Notes under the pieces: generated by a model
Databases searched by the model: none
Seen by the model: only the letters and a program-made list of their open reading frames with translations
Told to the model about the DNA's origin: nothing
Program-made: the position numbers and the translations under genes
From: Hyphomicrobiaceae bacterium
GTDB lineage: Bacteria > Pseudomonadota > Alphaproteobacteria > Rhizobiales > Hyphomicrobiaceae
Reading direction: 5' to 3'
Assembly: GCA_040080145.1 (NCBI GenBank)
Contig: JBEBJA010000069.1
Span: 1,620 to 65,619, forward strand
DNA length: 64,000 nt
Shown: piece after piece, positions 55,008 through 63,571 of the stretch
How the letters are laid out: every line of letters begins with the position of its first letter
Numbering within the stretch: position 1 is the stretch's first letter

Positions 55008-56828
55008 ATGTGCGGTATCGTCGGAATTATCAGCTCCCGGCCGGTTGCAGCCGACCTTGTGGACGCGCTCCGCAGGCTTGAGTATCGCGGCTATGACTCG
55101 GCTGGCATCGCCACCGTTGAAAACGGCCACCTTGAGCGCCGTCGCGCCGAGGGCAAACTTCGCAACCTGGAAACCCGCCTGCTGACCGAACCGCTGACCG
55201 GCCACACCGGCATCGGCCACACCCGCTGGGCAACCCACGGCCGCCCGACCGAGCGCAACGCCCACCCCCACATGACCCCGGTCGTGTCGGTGGTCCATAA
55301 CGGCATCATTGAGAACTACCGCGAGCTCAAGAACGAGCTGGCCGCCAAAGGCCATGTCTTCGAATCCGAAACCGACACCGAAGCCGTGGTCCATCTCATC
55401 ACCGAAAAAATGAGCTCGGGCCTATCGCCCCAGGATGCCGTCAAAGCGGCGCTGAAGCGCCTCCAGGGCGCGTTCGCCCTCGGCATCATTTTCGCAGGCA
55501 ACGACGACCTCATGATCGCCGCCCGCCAAGGCAGCCCCCTGGCCCTCGGCCACGGCAAGGACGAAATGTACTTGGGCTCTGACGCCATAGCGCTCGCCCC
55601 GTTCACCGACGCCATCACCTACCTTGAAGAAGGCGATTGGGCCGTTCTCACGCGCCAGGGCGCTGAAATCTTTGACAGTAACGACAACAAAGTTAAGCGG
55701 CCGATGGTCAAGTCGATCGCATCGTCGCTGCTCGTCGACAAGGGTAACCACCGCCACTTCATGGCCAAGGAAATCCACGAGCAGCCCGAAGTCATCAGCC
55801 ACACGCTGTCGAACTATCTCGACCTCGCCACCGGCGGCATCTCGTTCCCCGACCTCGGTATCGACCTCTCAAAAATCACCCGCGTCACGCTCTCGGCCTG
55901 CGGCACCGCCTATTATGCGGGTCTCGTCGGCAAATACTGGATCGAGCGCTACGCCCGCATTCCTGTTGAAATCGACGTCGCCTCCGAAATGCGCTACCGC
56001 GAGCCCCCGCTCCTGCCGGGCGGCTTGGCGCTGTTCGTCTCCCAGTCGGGCGAAACCGCCGACACCCTGGCAACGCTGCGCTACTGCAAAGCCGGTGGCC
56101 AGCAGATCGCGGCCATCGTCAACGTCCGCACCTCGACCATCGCGCGGGAAAGCCACGCCATCCTGCCGACGCTGGCTGGCCCCGAAATCGGTGTCGCCTC
56201 GACCAAAGCCTTCACCTGCCAGCTCTCGGTTCTTGCCTGCCTCGCCATCGCCATCGGCAAAGCGCGCGGCACCATAGACGACAAGCTGCAGGAAGAACTC
56301 ATCACTGCCTTGACCGAAGTCCCGCGTCATATCTCGACCATGCTGCGTGATGAAAAGGCCTACGAGCACATCGCCCACGACCTGTCGAAGGCCAAGGACG
56401 TTATCTATCTCGGCCGTGGCGTCAGCTATCCGCTCGCGCTGGAAGGCGCATTGAAGCTCAAGGAAATCTCCTACATCCACGCCGAAGGCTACGCCGCCGG
56501 AGAGCTGAAGCACGGCCCGATCGCCCTCATTGACGAAGCGGTCCCCGTCGTGGTCGTTGCCCCCGATGACGAACTCTTCGACAAGACCGTCTCCAACATG
56601 CAGGAAGTTGCAGCCCGCGGCGGCCAGATCATCCTGATATCGAGCGCAGCACCCGAAAAGATCGGCTGCAAAGTGCTCGCCCACTTAGCCATCCCCAAGG
56701 CGCACCCCTTCGTTAGCCCGCTGCTATGTGCCATCCCCATCCAGTTGCTCGCCTATCACACGGCCGTCATCATGGGCACCGACGTCGACCAGCCCCGCAA
56801 CCTTGCCAAGTCCGTCACTGTCGAGTAA
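55008..56828 (+). CDS. glmS: glutamine--fructose-6-phosphate aminotransferase
   Basis: MCGIVG N-terminal nucleophile, two SIS domains, and C-terminal KSVTVE. Confidence 0.97.
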   Translation: MCGIVGIISSRPVAADLVDALRRLEYRGYDSAGIATVENGHLERRRAEGKLRNLETRLLTEPLTGHTGIGHTRWATHGRPTERNAHPHMTPVVSVVHNGIIENYRELKNELAAKGHVFESETDTEAVVHLITEKMSSGLSPQDAVKAALKRLQGAFALGIIFAGNDDLMIAARQGSPLALGHGKDEMYLGSDAIALAPFTDAITYLEEGDWAVLTRQGAEIFDSNDNKVKRPMVKSIASSLLVDKGNHRHFMAKEIHEQPEVISHTLSNYLDLATGGISFPDLGIDLSKITRVTLSACGTAYYAGLVGKYWIERYARIPVEIDVASEMRYREPPLLPGGLALFVSQSGETADTLATLRYCKAGGQQIAAIVNVRTSTIARESHAILPTLAGPEIGVASTKAFTCQLSVLACLAIAIGKARGTIDDKLQEELITALTEVPRHISTMLRDEKAYEHIAHDLSKAKDVIYLGRGVSYPLALEGALKLKEISYIHAEGYAAGELKHGPIALIDEAVPVVVVAPDDELFDKTVSNMQEVAARGGQIILISSAAPEKIGCKVLAHLAIPKAHPFVSPLLCAIPIQLLAYHTAVIMGTDVDQPRNLAKSVTVE

Positions 56829-56832
56829 TCGC

Positions 56833-56883
56833 GTCCCCTCTCCCCATCGCTGCACTTGACGGGGAGAGGATTACGGTGAGGGC
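56833..56883 (+). repeat. hairpin plus tail element (CCCCTCTCCCC...GGGGAGAGGATTACGGTGAGGGC) just after glmS; divergent member of the repeat family at 62073 and 63537
   Basis: Read directly. It may also act as the glmS terminator. Confidence 0.45.
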
Positions 56884-57049
56884 CGACGGCACGTCGAGCG
56901 TGCGAAGACGCCCCCTTATCGCCCTACAATGACCCCGTTTGCCGTGGAAAATCAACTTTGATCAATGCATAAGTCCTTGTTTGCGACATACTCAGCAAAC
57001 AAACATCCTATGCTGTGGTTGATTCTCACGTTTGAATGAAAGGCGCGCA

Positions 57050-58135
57050 ATGCGCAGGGTCCGGCTCAAGTTTGGGGTTCATGGTTTGGCCGTTGCGCTC
57101 GTGTGCGCTGCATGCCTATGCGATGACCTTCTACCATCAGCCCACGCCCAAACGACGCCTGAGCCAGCCGCGCCTAAAGTCGCCAAAGCCAAGCGCGCCA
57201 AGGCGCCCGCAGCAGCTACGGCCCAGCAACAAGACGCCGCCCCGGCAGCGAAAGATCCAGCCGTCGCGCTCGCCGCCTACACCAGCGGCGTCAAAGCCTA
57301 TCAGGCCGGCAAATTCGATTCAGCCATCCTGTCGCTCAACAGCGCCATCAACAACGGCGGACTTACCTCCAACCTCATGGCGAAGGCGCTCTATTATCGG
57401 GGCGGTGCCAGCCAGCAAACGGGCAAATCCGGCCAGGCGATCTCCGACCTCACGAGTGCGCTGTGGTTTAAAACCGGCCTTGATACCGCAGAACGCGCCG
57501 AAGCTACCAAGTTCCGGTCCGCCGCCTACCGCGACGCAGGCCTCCCTGAAACTGCGGTCGGCGGGCAGTCCGCACCGCCCGAAACCGGCGCCCTGTCGTC
57601 TGGCCTGACAACCTCGAAACCGGCTCCGTCGTCTGGCCTTGGCAACGTGTTCGGCAACCTGTTTGGCGGTTCGAACTCGCAAAGCGCGTCCCCGCCTGCT
57701 CCCGCTGTCACCGCGCCTCCGCCGCCTGCCCCCGTCGCCGTTGCCGCCACCGGTGAGTCCGAAGTTCTGCCGTGGGCCAACCGCCCAGCTCAACCGGCAA
57801 CTCAAGACGCTGCTCCCGCCGAACCACCAGCCGCACCCGCGAAAGCCGCCAAAGCGCCTCCGGTCAAACCTGCTAAAGCTGCAAAACCCGGTGATTTCCG
57901 CGTCCAGGTCGCCGCCGTCAAGACGCGCGACGAGGCAAGCGCCATCGTCTCAAAGCTCCAAACCCTCGGCGGCGCAATTGCCACAACGCCGTCCGCCGTC
58001 GACGAAACGACCTTCGGCTCCATGGGCAAATTCTTCCGCGTTCGCCTCGGCCCCTACGCCAGCGCCGCCGATGCTAAAGCCCCCTGCGAAACCCTCAAAT
58101 CCAGCGGCCTCGACTGCCTCGTCACCGGCAAGTAA
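57050..58135 (+). CDS. SPOR-domain protein with TPR-like N-terminal region and Pro/Ala-rich linker
   Basis: C-terminal FRVQVAAVKTRDEASAIVSKL...FRVRLGPYASAADAKAPCETLK is SPOR-like. Start is uncertain: TTG ORF start at 57032 or the Met about 18 nt later. Confidence 0.65.
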   Translation: MRRVRLKFGVHGLAVALVCAACLCDDLLPSAHAQTTPEPAAPKVAKAKRAKAPAAATAQQQDAAPAAKDPAVALAAYTSGVKAYQAGKFDSAILSLNSAINNGGLTSNLMAKALYYRGGASQQTGKSGQAISDLTSALWFKTGLDTAERAEATKFRSAAYRDAGLPETAVGGQSAPPETGALSSGLTTSKPAPSSGLGNVFGNLFGGSNSQSASPPAPAVTAPPPPAPVAVAATGESEVLPWANRPAQPATQDAAPAEPPAAPAKAAKAPPVKPAKAAKPGDFRVQVAAVKTRDEASAIVSKLQTLGGAIATTPSAVDETTFGSMGKFFRVRLGPYASAADAKAPCETLKSSGLDCLVTGK

Positions 58136-58147
58136 CGTCCCTTGTAG

Positions 58148-58183
58148 GTTGGGTTAGGATGCCCCTTGCATCCCTAACCCAAC
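58148..58183. terminator. 11-bp stem-loop between convergent SPOR and cupin genes
   Basis: GTTGGGTTAGG pairs with CCTAACCCAAC. Confidence 0.45.
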
Positions 58184-58193
58184 GCTTGGTCGC

Positions 58194-58706
58194 CTACCCC
58201 AAAAACGCCGCCACCGCCGGGTTCGCCCGCAACGCCGCCAAATCCGCCTCATCCGGCAGCTCCGGCTTGTCCCGCACCGCATCCACTAAGCACAAAAACC
58301 CAAGCGCCTGATCCGCCCCGGCCCTGAACTGGTGCCACGTCATTGGCGGCACCGTCACGAGATCGTTGTGCTTAAGCGCAATCACCTGGTCCCCAACGAG
58401 CGCCCGCCCGCCGCCGCGCAGGATCAGCACGGCATGCACATGCTCATGCCGTTCGAGCGTCGAAAACCCGCCGGCCGCCACCTCGAAATACCGCAGCTCG
58501 CCCGCAAGATCGGGCCGCGAAAACAACGTCTGCCGCGAAATATCGGCAAACAGCGCTCGCTCGTCTTCTTTGTAGGGCTTGTGCTCGACCCCTTCCCACC
58601 GGAAACCGTCCGGCGTGGATCGAAAGGCGCGATGATGCGTATCGTCATGATCGGTCATCGCTAGCAAATACCCCGTATCGAGGTGCCGCATCAACCCCGC
58701 ACTCAC
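58194..58706 (-). CDS. cupin-domain protein (candidate 1-methylthioxylulose-5-phosphate methylsulfurylase-type partner of the RLP)
   Basis: Cupin motifs FSTLERHEHVHAVLILRG and VTVPPMTWHQF. The GTG start overlaps the RLP stop (GTGA). Confidence 0.7.
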   Translation of the reverse strand: MSAGLMRHLDTGYLLAMTDHDDTHHRAFRSTPDGFRWEGVEHKPYKEDERALFADISRQTLFSRPDLAGELRYFEVAAGGFSTLERHEHVHAVLILRGGGRALVGDQVIALKHNDLVTVPPMTWHQFRAGADQALGFLCLVDAVRDKPELPDEADLAALRANPAVAAFLG

Positions 58707-59809
58707 GCAGCGTACTCAAACCCCTCGACCGCCGCCTGAAACGCCCTTGCCTGCTTCGGCATATCATCCCGCGCCGCCAGCAGATCGCCGCCGATCAGCA
58801 GCATCGCATCAGCGCCATAAAACGCCAGCGCCTCAGGCAACGTCGCGAGCTTCATCCCGCCCGCCGGCACCGGCATGCTGCCTTTCACGTTGCCCCACGG
58901 TGCAAGCGCCACATCGGCAATCCCCCGGCACGTTTCCAGCGAATAGCCAAACCGCCCGCCCGCATTCGGATAGATCACCCCGTCGGCCCCGATCATGCGG
59001 AAAATCCGCCCAAACAGCGCCGCCGGTGCAATCCGGCTCGCCCCCGCCAACGCCGGATGCGCGATGAACGCGATGTCGGCATTCTCCCGCACGATAGTCT
59101 GGAACGACGCCAGCCCGATCACCATCGGCGCCACCAGCACGCTGTCGACCCCGTGATCGCGCGCGACCCGGATCTGCAGCCGCAGCGCATCGAGGTTGCC
59201 GCTGACATTGGGCAGATACCGCGTCAGCTTCCCCGTGCGCGTTTCCGCCGCCCGCAGCGCCGCTGAAACGGCCTTCACCCGCTCGGCAAACGGCGCCCGC
59301 ACCTGATCTGCCAGCCCGTGATCGTCCTTGAGATAATCGAGCCCGCCCAACGCAAGCTTCCCCGCCAAAGCGCCAAGCTTGTCCGCGCTCAGCCCCAGCG
59401 GCTTCAACGCCGAACACGTCAACGCCCGCCGCTTGGCGCCAAAGCGCGCCCGCAGTCCCTCCGGCCCAAACCGCGGCCCGGTAAAGCGCGCCGAGAGCTC
59501 AACCGGAACCACAATATCCTGCAACGTCACATCGTCATGAATCGAGCTGTTCCCGAACACGATGTTCATCAGCTGCCCGGCTTCGAACCCCGTCGTCCCC
59601 AGATCAAGGCTCACGGACACATCGAACGCCCCACCGCCCGCGTCGCAGATATCGTCCACGCGGCCCACGATATCGGCCAGCACGCCTTCGTCGTCGATTG
59701 CCCCAAGCGGCATCTCGACGCTCTGCTCGACAGCGACGGCATGCGCCCGCTCCTTGATCCGCGCAGCGTCGCAGCGGATGCGGTAGATAACTGTAAATCG
59801 GATCGTCAC
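58703..59809 (-). CDS. RuBisCO-like protein (form IV RuBisCO large-subunit family)
   Basis: GGLDYLKDDHGL aligns with the [11 protein letters not shown] of cbbL. C-terminal half PVPAGGM...GGDLL is RuBisCO-like. Several form I catalytic-loop residues are not evident. Start taken at GTG 59809 (GAGG upstream); the ORF extends to TTG 59863. Confidence 0.85.
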   Translation of the reverse strand: MTIRFTVIYRIRCDAARIKERAHAVAVEQSVEMPLGAIDDEGVLADIVGRVDDICDAGGGAFDVSVSLDLGTTGFEAGQLMNIVFGNSSIHDDVTLQDIVVPVELSARFTGPRFGPEGLRARFGAKRRALTCSALKPLGLSADKLGALAGKLALGGLDYLKDDHGLADQVRAPFAERVKAVSAALRAAETRTGKLTRYLPNVSGNLDALRLQIRVARDHGVDSVLVAPMVIGLASFQTIVRENADIAFIAHPALAGASRIAPAALFGRIFRMIGADGVIYPNAGGRFGYSLETCRGIADVALAPWGNVKGSMPVPAGGMKLATLPEALAFYGADAMLLIGGDLLAARDDMPKQARAFQAAVEGFEYAA

Positions 59810-59954
59810 GGGAAGCGGATACCTCGATGGATGGCGCAACTCAATCGCGCGACCTTGAAACAAGCCACCCCCTTTGTCGAGTAGCAGTGCCGCTTGCTAG
59901 GTCCAAATGTCATGGGGTCCAGGGGATGAATCCCCTGGCCTTCACTTCACTGGA

Positions 59955-61103
59955 CTACCCCAGTTTACCCCGGAAATCCTGATACCCAAACGACTTGACA
60001 ACCCGGTATGTCCCGTCCGCCGAAAGCACGCCCAAGTCCGGCAATGGCTGCCCGTTGAACGTGTTATTCTTGACGAACGAATACTGCATCATGTCGCCGA
60101 ACACGACCCGGTCGCCAATCTTGAGCGGCGCACCAAAGCTGTATTCCCCGATCACATCGCCGGTCATGCAGGTGTTCCCCGCCAGAATGTACGTATGCGC
60201 CAATACGCCCGGCTTTTCCGCCCCAAGAACCGGCGGCGAATACGGCACTTCCAGCACGTCCGGCATATGGCAGCTCGCCGACGCATCCAGAATGGCAATT
60301 TCCCCCCCGTTGCGATGAATGTCGAGCACGCGCGCGACCAGATACCCGGTATCGACCACGAGGCCCGCGCCCGGCTCAAGGATCACCTCGACACCAAACC
60401 GCGCCTTGAACGCCTTAATCGCAGCAATCAGCGCATCGACATCGTACGATGCCTTGTTGACGAAATGCCCGCCGCCGAAGTTGACCGCCTTCACCTTCGA
60501 CACATACGGCGCAAGCTCCCGCCCAACGTGCTCGATGAGCCCAACCGACCCGGCCTGGTTCGCCTCGCACAGCGCATGAACGTGCAGAATGTCAATCGCG
60601 TCCCACGGCGCATCCGCCAGCGTGTCCATCGTCGCCCCAAACCGCGAATTCGGCGCGCACGGGTCATACAGCGCCCCGCCCAGCGTCGCCATCGAGAACC
60701 CCGGATTGACGCGCAGCCCCACATGAATGCCCGGCGTCTTGCGCACCAGCGGCAGGAACCGGCGCACCTGTTCGACCGAGTTGAAATAGATGTGCTCGGA
60801 GATCTTCGTCAGCTCGGTGAGTTCGTCCGCCGTAAACGCAGGTGCAAACACATGCACCTCTTTGCCGAAGTCCGCATGCCCCATCCGCGCTTCATAGAGC
60901 CCGCTGGCCGTCGATCCATCGAGCACCTTGGCCATCATCGGGAAAGCAGCCGGCATCGAAAACGCTTTGGTAGCCAGCAGCACCTTTGCCCCGCTCTCAC
61001 GCTTGATCCGCGCCGCCGTCTCTAAATTGCGCGCGAGCTTGGCCTCGTCCAGCACATAGGCCGGCGTGCGAATGTTGGCGGAAAGTACAGGATGCTGCGG
61101 CAT
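59955..61103 (-). CDS. nspC: carboxynorspermidine/carboxyspermidine decarboxylase
   Basis: TPAYVLDEAKL...ATKAF and ILEPGAG motifs of the PLP fold-III decarboxylase family, with NspC-like length. Start at the ATG at 61103. Confidence 0.88.
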   Translation of the reverse strand: MPQHPVLSANIRTPAYVLDEAKLARNLETAARIKRESGAKVLLATKAFSMPAAFPMMAKVLDGSTASGLYEARMGHADFGKEVHVFAPAFTADELTELTKISEHIYFNSVEQVRRFLPLVRKTPGIHVGLRVNPGFSMATLGGALYDPCAPNSRFGATMDTLADAPWDAIDILHVHALCEANQAGSVGLIEHVGRELAPYVSKVKAVNFGGGHFVNKASYDVDALIAAIKAFKARFGVEVILEPGAGLVVDTGYLVARVLDIHRNGGEIAILDASASCHMPDVLEVPYSPPVLGAEKPGVLAHTYILAGNTCMTGDVIGEYSFGAPLKIGDRVVFGDMMQYSFVKNNTFNGQPLPDLGVLSADGTYRVVKSFGYQDFRGKLG

Positions 61104-61403
61104 GAAAAACCTCGTTGACGCTCCGCTCGATCTCGCGGCGCAATCGCGCCTATATGGCAGGCGATCAACATAATCGCCAGTGGAAGACCAGCGCGCTCTC
61201 GCGGCAGAAAAACACTCTATGCGGATCGAAAGCAGGCCGAAATACACCCATTGGTAACTGTTAATGTGCTATCAACATGCTGTGGTTGCTGTTAGCAGCC
61301 CATTTGGACGGGGAGCCCATCCTGTACCCGCGTAGGGCTCCCTGTTTCACGTAAAGTGCTGCAACCTTGGCCGTTGCATCCGCTGTGAACTAAGTTCATA
61401 AGC

Positions 61404-62030
61404 GTGCATATGAACGATCACCCTCCCCCGCCATCCCCGGCCATACAACGAAAGTTTCGCGACCGTCAGCGTTGCGCTCTGATCGAGTTCGCGGAAGCTG
61501 TGCTGGCGAGCGACGGTCTCGCCGCCGTCCAGGCACGCCGCATCGCCAAGGACGCAGGTTGCGCGGTCGGCACGCTCTACAACATCTTCGGCGACATCGA
61601 CGGCCTGATCCTTGCCGCCAACGAACGCACGCTCCATGCGCTGGGCACTGTCCTGCAATCCGCCGCCAGCCAAGCCAGTACAGAAAGCCTGAACGCCCGC
61701 CTTATCGCGCTGGCCTCGGCCTACCTGGACTTCGCCACCGCCAACCCCAAACGCTGGCGCGCCGTCTTCGAACACCGCTTGCCCGATGGCCGCGAAATCC
61801 CAGCCTCCTATGTCGAAGACCGCCGCCGCCTGCTCGCCCTCATCGAGCACCAGCTCACCGCCGCGATTGCAGACCCGCAACAGCGCTCCGACGCCGCCCA
61901 CGCCCTGTTCTGCGCCGTCCACGGCATCGTCCAGCTCTCGCTCGACGAAAAGCTGAGCACGTTCGACCCCGTAACCTGCCAGCGCCAAATCCACTTCATC
62001 ATCGGCAACGTCACCCGCGGATTGGGGTAA
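61404..62030 (+). CDS. TetR/AcrR-family transcriptional regulator
   Basis: HTH: VQARRIAKDAGCAVGTLYNIFGDIDGL. Confidence 0.85.
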   Translation: MHMNDHPPPPSPAIQRKFRDRQRCALIEFAEAVLASDGLAAVQARRIAKDAGCAVGTLYNIFGDIDGLILAANERTLHALGTVLQSAASQASTESLNARLIALASAYLDFATANPKRWRAVFEHRLPDGREIPASYVEDRRRLLALIEHQLTAAIADPQQRSDAAHALFCAVHGIVQLSLDEKLSTFDPVTCQRQIHFIIGNVTRGLG

Positions 62031-62072
62031 CGCCACCACGGCCTCTTGTAGCCGACCTGATGAAGCGGGAAG

Positions 62073-62111
62073 TTCCCCTCCCCCTTGCGGGGAGGGGTTA
62101 GGGGTGGGGGT
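62073..62111 (+). repeat. CCCCTCCCCC-TTGC-GGGGAGGGG hairpin followed by TTAGGGGTGGGGG
   Basis: Near-identical copy at 63537-63571. Confidence 0.7.
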
Positions 62112-62187
62112 CCCACCGATTGCGGGGGCTGGCCCTGTTCATCTCAAATCGCAGCACTGTACGCCGAGCCCCACGAACGGGGAGAAC

Positions 62188-63429
62188 TCAGGTCTTCACC
62201 GCAAACAACTCAGCCTGCTCGTCCGCCTTGAGCTCTTTGATGTGCCACGGCAGTCCCTGCTTGGCCAATTCTTCCAGGAACGGCTTCGACGGCAGTTGCT
62301 CGACGTTGAGCACGCCCGTGCCGCCCCAGACGCCGGTGAACAGCATCTTCGCGCCGACAATCGGCGGCACACCGGTGGTGTACGACACCGCCTGCGCCTG
62401 TACTTCCTTGTAGCATTCGGCGTGGTCGCACACCTGATAGATGAACACGCGCTTGCTCTTGCCGTCCTTCACGCCGTCAAAGATGACGCCAATCGACGTC
62501 CGGCCCGTATAATTCTCTCCAAGCGACGACGGCGGCGGCAAAAGCTCCTTCAAGAACTCGATCGGTATCACCGGATTGCCCTTGTACATCACGGGATCAA
62601 TGCGGGTCATGCCGACGCTCTGCAGCACATCGAGATGCTTGATGTAGTTGTCGCCAAAGGTCATCCAGAACCGGATCTGCTTCAAGCCCTTGATATTCTT
62701 GACGAGGCTCTCTTCTTCCTCGTGATAGATGAGGTACGACTTGCGCGGGCCCACTTCCGGGTAATCGACCATGCACGAGATCGACAAAGGGTCGATCTCG
62801 ATGAACGTGCCGTCTTTCCAATACTTGCCGCGCTGGGTCACTTCGCGCAGGTTGATTTCCGGATTGAAGTTGGTCGCAAACGACTTGCCGTGGTTGCCGT
62901 CGTTGCAGTCGACGATGTCGATGGTGTGGATTTCATCGAACAGATGCTCCTGCGCATAGGCGCAGAAAATGTTCGACACGCCGGGGTCAAACCCGCAGCC
63001 GAGAATGCCGAGAATTCCCGCCGCCTTGTACTTGGGATCATACGGCCACTGCCAGGAATACGAAAACTTCGCTTCCTCGCGCGGCTCGTAGTTCGCCGTA
63101 TCCATGTAGTGAACGCCAGTCGCCAAACACGCATCCATGATCGTCAGATCCTGATACGGCAGCGCCATGTTAATGACGAGGTCCGGCTTGACCTTGTTGA
63201 TCAGCGCGATCACCTGATCGGTGTGGTCCGCATCGACTTGATGCACCTCGATCCTGGACTTGGCGCTCGCAGCCACCGCCTCGCACGACGCAATCCGCCG
63301 CGACGCTAAATGCACATGCTTGAACACATCCCGGTTCAGCGCCGCCTTCTTAGCCGTCACCGACCCCGCCGCACCCGCACCAATGATCAACAGCGTATCC
63401 AAAGCAGTTCTCCCGCACATCAAATCCAT
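62188..63429 (-). CDS. carboxynorspermidine synthase (saccharopine dehydrogenase family)
   Basis: LLIIGAGAAGSV...VINMALPYQDLTIMDACLATGVHYMDTANYEP. Confidence 0.88.
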   Translation of the reverse strand: MDLMCGRTALDTLLIIGAGAAGSVTAKKAALNRDVFKHVHLASRRIASCEAVAASAKSRIEVHQVDADHTDQVIALINKVKPDLVINMALPYQDLTIMDACLATGVHYMDTANYEPREEAKFSYSWQWPYDPKYKAAGILGILGCGFDPGVSNIFCAYAQEHLFDEIHTIDIVDCNDGNHGKSFATNFNPEINLREVTQRGKYWKDGTFIEIDPLSISCMVDYPEVGPRKSYLIYHEEEESLVKNIKGLKQIRFWMTFGDNYIKHLDVLQSVGMTRIDPVMYKGNPVIPIEFLKELLPPPSSLGENYTGRTSIGVIFDGVKDGKSKRVFIYQVCDHAECYKEVQAQAVSYTTGVPPIVGAKMLFTGVWGGTGVLNVEQLPSKPFLEELAKQGLPWHIKELKADEQAELFAVKT

Positions 63430-63536
63430 CAGCCCCGCAAGTAGTAGAAACCCCTGTCATTTACAACAGGATTACACCCGCTCAGCTGCAACGCCTGCCC
63501 CTCCCTGGCAGTGTCTCAGTTTGAAATCCTCACGTG

Positions 63537-63571
63537 TTCCCTCCCCCTTGTGGGGAGGGTTAGGGTGGGGG
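63537..63571 (+). repeat. CCCTCCCCC-TTGT-GGGGAGGG hairpin followed by TTAGGGTGGGGG
   Basis: Second copy of the 62073 element, in the same orientation. Confidence 0.7.

Noticed and set aside
57009-61288. Exact 12-mer ATGCTGTGGTTG present upstream of the SPOR gene (57009-57020) and in the nspC/TetR spacer (61277-61288).
   Set aside because: By my rough estimate, exact 12-mers are expected to recur many times by chance in a 64-kb all-against-all comparison. There is no palindromy and no flanking similarity.
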